Shown in pieces: positions 58,624 through 64,000 of a stretch of 64,000 nt of DNA. The notes under the pieces were generated by a model. It saw only the letters and a list, made by a program, of their open reading frames with translations, was not told the origin of the DNA and searched no databases. Made by a program: the position numbers and the translations under genes. Within the stretch, counting starts at the first letter, position 1. Each line of letters begins with the position of its first letter. The stretch comes from Phycisphaerae bacterium (GTDB lineage Bacteria; Planctomycetota; Phycisphaerae; UBA1845; PWPN01): the NCBI GenBank assembly GCA_012719955.1, contig JAAXZI010000223.1:500-64499 (forward strand). The letters run 5' to 3'.

Positions 58624-59595
58624 ATGCCCGTGCGCACGCCAGCCGTGGCTGGACAGTTCTATCCGCGCTCGTACGAGGAGTGCCGTGCCGCGATCGAGGA
58701 GTGCCTGGCCCGGGCCGAGGCATCGCCCCCGGCCGGTTTGCCCGCCGGCTTCAAGCCGATCGCCGGCATCGCTCCTCATGCGGGCTGGATCTGCAGCGGG
58801 GCCGTGGCTGGCGAGGTGATTCGGGTCCTGGCGTTGGGGGGAACATCCCCGGGCCGGCCCTCTGAATCGGGGGGGGAGACATTCGTGATCTTCGGCGCCG
58901 CACACCGGCGGATGGCCTCGCCGGCGGCGGTGTATGACCAGGGCTCCTGGGAGACGCCTTTGGGCCAGGCGGTAATTGACGAGGAGCTGGCCCGGAACGT
59001 GATGGAGGCCGCCCCGACGGTGCCGGCGGACATCGACGTGCACGAGATGGAACATTCCATCGAGGTTGAGGTGCCGTTCGTTCGATACTTGGCGCCCGGC
59101 GCGAAGATCCTGCCGATCATGGTTTCCCCGGTGATGATGGCCGTGGAGGTGGGGCGAACCGTGGCCCAGGCGGCGGCGAAACTGGGCCGGCGGGTGGTGT
59201 TCCTTGGTTCGACCGATCTGACTCACTACGGGCCGCGTTACCAGTTTGCCCCCCAGGGGGTGGGGCCGGAAGGTATTCGTTGGGCTAAAGAGGTAAATGA
59301 CCGGCAGTTCCTGGGCCGGGTGTTGAATCTTCAGGCCGATGAGGTGGTTCATGAAGCCGCCACGCACCACAACGCCTGCGGACCGGGCGCGGTGGCGGCG
59401 ACCATTGCCGCCGCGCAGGTGATGGGGGCCACGGCCGCCCACGTGTTGCGGCACACGAACAGCAACGAGGTGCTCTGCACGCGCTACGGCCAGATGGATG
59501 ATGCGGTCGGCTATGCCGGCGTGGTCCTTGGGAGCGCATCGAACGGCAACGAGAAGCTGATGCCGGGCAGGGCTGTGACCGTACAGGAGACCTGA
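58624..59595 (+). CDS. AmmeMemoRadiSam system protein B (MEMO1 family)
   Basis: RTPAVAGQFYP, APHAGW..SG, EHSIEVEVPF, STDLTHYG, ACGPG. Confidence 0.92.
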   Translation: MPVRTPAVAGQFYPRSYEECRAAIEECLARAEASPPAGLPAGFKPIAGIAPHAGWICSGAVAGEVIRVLALGGTSPGRPSESGGETFVIFGAAHRRMASPAAVYDQGSWETPLGQAVIDEELARNVMEAAPTVPADIDVHEMEHSIEVEVPFVRYLAPGAKILPIMVSPVMMAVEVGRTVAQAAAKLGRRVVFLGSTDLTHYGPRYQFAPQGVGPEGIRWAKEVNDRQFLGRVLNLQADEVVHEAATHHNACGPGAVAATIAAAQVMGATAAHVLRHTNSNEVLCTRYGQMDDAVGYAGVVLGSASNGNEKLMPGRAVTVQET

Positions 59596-60536
59596 TGGAG
59601 CGGATGGAAAAAGACGACGTAGTGACGGGCGCGGCGCCCGGTTCGCAGGTTAGCGGTTCACGGGGTCTGTTCCTCTCGCGCGTGGTACGCAACGAGCCTC
59701 TTTGCCGAGAGCATTTTCGCCTGGTTCTGGAGGTGGATGACTTTCCGCCGGCCGCGCCGGGGCAGTTTGTCCAGATCCTCTGCGCGGAACCCAACGAGCT
59801 GGGCTGGACGCAGGGCGCCTTTATCCGCCGGCCTTTCAGCATCGGCGGGCTGCGGCGCGGCGGACGGCGATGCGAGCTGGACATTCTTTACCGGGCCCTG
59901 GGGACGGGAACGCGCTGGCTGTCGCGGCAGAGGAAGGGCGAGCCGGTGAGCGTGCTGGGTCCGCTGGGGCGGCCGTTTGAGATACATGCGGATCGAGAGA
60001 TCGCCTGGCTGGTGGGTGGCGGGATCGGGTTGCCCCCGTTGATCTGGCTGGCCCAGACGCTCTCTGCGGCCGGACGCCGGGCGGTGGCGTTTTGCGGGGC
60101 GCGTTCGGCTGACTTCATGCCGTTGACACGTGTTGCGGGCGTGGAGATCGTCGGCGAGCAGCCGGTCCTCGCTTTTGAGGAGTTCGCGTCTGTCGGCGTG
60201 CCGGTCATCACCGCCACGGATGATGGTTCACTGGGCGCGGCCGCCAGAGTGCCCGACGTGTTCGCCCGCTATCTTGATCAACATGCCGGCCAGATCTCCT
60301 CCGCGGCCATCTATGCCTGCGGACCGGAGCCGATGATTCGAGCCACCGCGCAAATCGGTCTGGCCCACGGGATTCCGACCGCGGTCTGCCTGGAGCGGGT
60401 GATGGCCTGCGGGATGGGAACTTGCCAGTCGTGCGTGGTCCGGGTGCATGACGCCGCCGCCGAAGAGGGCTGGCGTTATCGGCTATGCTGCACGGACGGC
60501 CCGGTGTTTGATGCCCGGGAAGTGGTCTGGGATTGA
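59595..60536 (+). CDS. pyrK: Dihydroorotate dehydrogenase electron-transfer-subunit-like flavoprotein (FAD/NAD + 2Fe-2S)
   Basis: RRPFSI, GPLG, GGGIGLPPL, TDDGS.G, ACGP.PM, MACGMGTCQSC...CC.DGPVF; ATG overlaps upstream TGA. Confidence 0.88.
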   Translation: MERMEKDDVVTGAAPGSQVSGSRGLFLSRVVRNEPLCREHFRLVLEVDDFPPAAPGQFVQILCAEPNELGWTQGAFIRRPFSIGGLRRGGRRCELDILYRALGTGTRWLSRQRKGEPVSVLGPLGRPFEIHADREIAWLVGGGIGLPPLIWLAQTLSAAGRRAVAFCGARSADFMPLTRVAGVEIVGEQPVLAFEEFASVGVPVITATDDGSLGAAARVPDVFARYLDQHAGQISSAAIYACGPEPMIRATAQIGLAHGIPTAVCLERVMACGMGTCQSCVVRVHDAAAEEGWRYRLCCTDGPVFDAREVVWD

Positions 60537-60638
60537 GCCGATCCCGCCTGCAGGCTTGCAGTTGGCCACGGCAGCCGGTCGCCGCGCCGGCACCTGCGGC
60601 TTTGCGCGTATTGTACTTATGCACTACCGCGCAAGGTC

Positions 60639-60722
60639 GTAGCGGCCGGGCCGGGTACCCGGCGAAAGCTGGGTGCCGGCCGTTTTACGGGCAAGACGGC
60701 CGGTACGGAGCCCGGCCGCTAC
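60639..60722. repeat. Inverted pair of GTAG-type REP-like elements
   Basis: GTAGCGGCCGGGCCGGGTACCCGG at 60639 (+) and GTAGCGGCCGGGCTCCGTACCGGCCG ending at 60697 (-). Confidence 0.75.
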
Positions 60723-60882
60723 AGAAAATGACCCACTTTGCACTGTGGGGTTGTGGATGCACTGAGGCCGCGGCCTTGCCGGAACCCCGCCCCGTAACTT
60801 GCCGCCTGAGCCATAAGGGTTTATGATTCAGCGAGTCAGCGTCCGAACGTGGTCAGGCATGTCTGGTCCGGGAGGCTCACTG

Positions 60883-61524
60883 ATGGGTAAACGCAAGGGG
60901 GTCGAGAGCCCGTCACCGGGCGAGTACTTTGGCATCTACGAGAACGGTTGCATCCGGCTATCGACGGGAGTGGATTGGCCGGAGGGTACGGCCGTTGTGA
61001 TCCGCATGGCGGATCTCAAACCGGGGCATGTGGTTCCATCTCTGAGCAAGGTAATTGTCGCGGGCTTCGGCCTGGCGGGGCGTTCCGTGGCGGGTTTGTG
61101 CGAGCGCTACGGCATCGAGTATGTGATCGTCGAGCGGAACGCCAGGACCATCCAGACGCAGCGGGAACTGGGCCGGCAGGTGGTCGAAGGCGACATCTCG
61201 GAAGAGCAGACCATGCGGGCCGCGGGGATCGAGGACGCCTCGCTGCTGGCCTTGGCCATTCCCGACGAGCACACCGTGCGCCGGGCCACGCAGATCGCCC
61301 GGGCGCTCAATCCGCACGTGTACATTATTGGCCAGGCCGTGTACGCGTCGACCGGCATGCAGATCGAGAAGCACGGGGCGGACGACGTGATCAAGGTCGA
61401 GCAGCTTGTGGCCCGGGAGTTCTATGAGCACCTGCTGCGTATCCTGACCTCCCGGCACGAGGGGACGGAGAAGAAGGCGGCTCTCGATGGTGGGCCGGTG
61501 CCGGGGGGGAATGTGCGAGGGTGA
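60883..61524 (+). CDS. TrkA-N (RCK) NAD-binding protein with N-terminal DUF104/AF2212-like segment
   Basis: GGAGG SD; GIYENGCIRL...DWPEGTAV; VIVAGFGLAGR, VIVERN, GDISEE...AGIEDA. Confidence 0.78.
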   Translation: MGKRKGVESPSPGEYFGIYENGCIRLSTGVDWPEGTAVVIRMADLKPGHVVPSLSKVIVAGFGLAGRSVAGLCERYGIEYVIVERNARTIQTQRELGRQVVEGDISEEQTMRAAGIEDASLLALAIPDEHTVRRATQIARALNPHVYIIGQAVYASTGMQIEKHGADDVIKVEQLVAREFYEHLLRILTSRHEGTEKKAALDGGPVPGGNVRG

Positions 61525-61624
61525 GAAGGTGAGAAAGTGAGAAGGTGGGAAAGTGAGAAGGTGGGAAAGTGAGAATGTGGGAAAGTGGGAGCGTGGGGGA
61601 GTGAGAATGTGAGAGAGTGAGAGA
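61521..61624. repeat. 8-mer tandem repeat GTG(A/G)GAAN x13
   Basis: 13 consecutive units counted from 61521; the first contains the stop codon of the upstream gene. Confidence 0.92.
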
Positions 61625-61863
61625 ACGCCAGCCGCTTGAACTGGGTTCAGGCGGGCCCACCTGAAAGCCTCCCTGCCTGTCGGCGAGTATTCACTCAAGA
61701 GAGAATCAAACCGTTTCCATCTTCAACCGGTGCGGGTGCCCTGCGCGCGGGAATCGCATGTCAATGCCCTTGCAATGGTGAGAGAGCCAGGAGCGCGATT
61801 TGTGCCCCGGATCCTGAATGCCCGTGCGCGATGATGCGATGACACAGAGCACAATTTGCGCGC

Positions 61864-62080
61864 CACGGCTCTTGAGCCACGGCAGGATAGTTCGGGGGTT
61901 GGTATGCCGTGGCTCTTGAGCCGTGATCTGGGAGACTCCACCTGCTTTCCCCACTGCTCAAGAGCAGTGACACACCCCGCGTGGCATCGCGCTCGATAGC
62001 GTGTCGCAGGATCGCGCACGGTTACAGAGGCCGTGCCGGGACGACTCGGATGTTCCCCACTGCTTGAAGGCAGTGGCACA
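61864..62080. repeat. Cluster of four CAC(T/G)GCTC-NN-GAGC(A/C)GTG REP-like palindromes
   Basis: Copies at 61864, 61905 (inverted partner), 61952 and 62058. Confidence 0.8.
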
Positions 62081-62150
62081 CACGGCGTGGCGGCGCAGGA
62101 TCACGCCTGATCATTGGGCTCCAGGCTCGCGCTCCGGCGGAAAAGTCCGG

Positions 62151-64000
62151 CTACTCGAGCCGGTACGTCGCGATGGCATTCGCGCCGATGCGGGCGCGGA
62201 TCTGGTTATTCTCCAGGGGCACGGCGTCCAACACGCGTTCCACCAGGTCGCACCGGGAGGCCTTGGAGAGGCCCGGGAATCCGATCCGGATTTCCGCGTC
62301 CGTATCGCGTCCGGCCGTCTCGCGGATACGCACGATGAGGCCCTTGCCGTCGTCGGCGGGCTTGAGGGTGGTCATCTCCACGTTGGCCGGGCTCACCTGG
62401 CAGAAGCTCAGCGCCGGCGGCAGGCCCTGGCCGCCTTGGCCGGTGTCGATGCGTACCGCCCGCATGGGGGCGTGTACTGCCTCGCCGAACATCGACGCAC
62501 TGGCCGGGTCGATGGTCTGGTCGCTGGTCAGGCTGTAGCGGAAGGTGAAGGCGCCGTCCTGGCCGGCCTTGTAGTTGGTGAACCAGTAATTGTTCATCAC
62601 GTAGGCGAAGATGGTGCCGTTGGTGACGGGCAGTTCCTCCAGCCACTTGCCGGGGGTCAGGTCGCAGAGGGTGATAAGTGGCGTATCCACCGCCGACCAG
62701 GCCACGGCCGCATCCTCGGTATGGACGGTCACCCAGCGCTGGACGGCGAACCAGTCCCGGCAGGCGCCGGGGAAGTGGTCCTCGTTCGGCCGGACGCTGC
62801 CCCCGCCGATTTCATAGCGGAATTGCGGCTTGGCCCCGGCGAAGGGGAAGGCGAAGTAGACGGCTTCTTTTTCCAGGATCATGTCTTTTTGAAGCTGATA
62901 GACAAAATCGATCCGGCGTTCCTGCTCGTAGAGGATCACCTCCAGCTCGGCGCGCTGGATGGGCGGCAGCTTGCTGATGCTCTTCGCGCTGGCGAACAGC
63001 GGGCCGGCCGGGCCGGGCCGGATGTCGGCCTGCGTGGTGGTGTGATACTTCACGCGCGAGAGGATGGGGGCCTCGATGGGCGTTTTGCCCTCGGGGTCAC
63101 TGCCACCGGCCGCGTAGATGACCTGGCCGAGCGTGTACTTGCTGCTCTTATCCACCAGTTCCTTGCCGAGTTTCTTGTCGACCAGGCTGGCGATGCCGCC
63201 GACCGGTGCGAACTCGACGCGGTAGAAGTCGTTTTCGAGAACTTTGCCGTTAAAGCGTTTTGGGGTCTCGCGTTTCTCAGCCGGGGCCAGGCGATACACC
63301 TTATAGCCCGCCGCCGGCACCTCGCGGGCGATGAAGTTCACGGTGACCGTCTCCAGGGCATCCTGGCGCACGACCTGTTGCGGGAGCGGGCCTTTCTCGT
63401 CCACGACAGCCTGGCCGCGCGGAATGTCCACCAGGACCATACCGCTGCGCGGCCGGCCGGAGGGGTTGAAGACCAGCACAGTATTCGCCGGGGCGTTCAC
63501 GCGGGCGGCGAGCTGGCGCAGGCCGCGATCGAGGAGCCGTTTGGCCCGGTCGGCGGCTTCGGTGGCGAAGGCGGCCTTGTAGGCGAACTGGCGGGTTACG
63601 AAATCAGAGTGCGGGGTCCAGATGCTGTTGTACGCGCCCCAGGTGTGCTCGTCGTAGAGCAGGATGCAGTCCCACATGCGGTTGAACTCGTCCTGGGGAG
63701 TGCCGGCCGACGGGTTGGCCAGGCGAGCGACAGCCCATGCGACCTCTGCGGCGATGGCGTCCTGGTGGGTGTTGCGGTTGATGGCCGTTTCCACCGCGCT
63801 GGAGGCCGCGCCGTCCTCCCACCAGCTTCCGCCGCAACCGCGCACGGTCTGGATTTTGTCGGCGAAGTTCTTCTCGATGTATTCGAAGAATTCGTTGTTG
63901 GCCGACATGATGACCTGGGGATAGGCGTAGCGCTTATGGTATTCGGTAATGGTTTCGGCGATGCCGCGTCCGATGGCCACGTTGTCGGTGTAAGCCCCGT
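62151..64000 (-). CDS. GH38-like alpha-mannosidase family protein (5' end outside window)
   Basis: WWEDG, LLYDEHTWG, VFNPS..PR, LENDFYRVEF, KPADDGKGLIVRIRE. Confidence 0.82.
   Translation of the reverse strand, partial: GAYTDNVAIGRGIAETITEYHKRYAYPQVIMSANNEFFEYIEKNFADKIQTVRGCGGSWWEDGAASSAVETAINRNTHQDAIAAEVAWAVARLANPSAGTPQDEFNRMWDCILLYDEHTWGAYNSIWTPHSDFVTRQFAYKAAFATEAADRAKRLLDRGLRQLAARVNAPANTVLVFNPSGRPRSGMVLVDIPRGQAVVDEKGPLPQQVVRQDALETVTVNFIAREVPAAGYKVYRLAPAEKRETPKRFNGKVLENDFYRVEFAPVGGIASLVDKKLGKELVDKSSKYTLGQVIYAAGGSDPEGKTPIEAPILSRVKYHTTTQADIRPGPAGPLFASAKSISKLPPIQRAELEVILYEQERRIDFVYQLQKDMILEKEAVYFAFPFAGAKPQFRYEIGGGSVRPNEDHFPGACRDWFAVQRWVTVHTEDAAVAWSAVDTPLITLCDLTPGKWLEELPVTNGTIFAYVMNNYWFTNYKAGQDGAFTFRYSLTSDQTIDPASASMFGEAVHAPMRAVRIDTGQGGQGLPPALSFCQVSPANVEMTTLKPADDGKGLIVRIRETAGRDTDAEIRIGFPGLSKASRCDLVERVLDAVPLENNQIRARIGANAIATYRLE

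Noticed and set aside
62138-62160. GGAAAAGTCCGG resembling the RNase P GAGGAAAGUCC signature
   Set aside because: Imperfect match overlapping the GH38 stop codon, with no matching 3' signature or room for the RNA.

Overview
GC-rich bacterial chromosome segment, most likely from a planctomycete. Phycisphaerae is an inference, based on 'ATQP'-type signal-peptide junctions, many sulfatase/glycoside-hydrolase genes, HAAS/STN and Zn-ribbon-tailed proteins. No integrase, transposase, CRISPR array, phage gene or rRNA was seen. Housekeeping and metabolic genes include korA (partial), mtnA, leuS, cysK, an ate/bpt-like transferase, tRNA-Phe(GAA), copA plus a cupredoxin, a pyrK-like gene, a MEMO1-like gene, a ferredoxin and three CBS proteins. 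Glycan-active genes include GH127, GH38 (partial), heparinase II/III-like, a sulfatase and an esterase. The most unusual signals: (1) an unannotated array of seven small co-oriented ORFs at 20.2-23.3 kb, each with its own Shine-Dalgarno and a shared signal-peptide/[QH]-x-G-x-C motif, mostly below the ORF-track cut-off; (2) a ~590-nt promoter-to-terminator, ORF-poor, hairpin-dense region at 29.75-30.34 kb (candidate long ncRNA); (3) an FmdE + Cys-ligand metal ABC operon under a promoter overlapped by a NikR-like palindrome; (4) a 1062-aa orphan with secretin-like motifs; (5) an orphan RnfD lacking the flavinylation motif; (6) six families of intergenic REP-like palindromes and 7/8/9-mer tandem repeats. 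All family calls come from motif recognition by eye; no database search was run.
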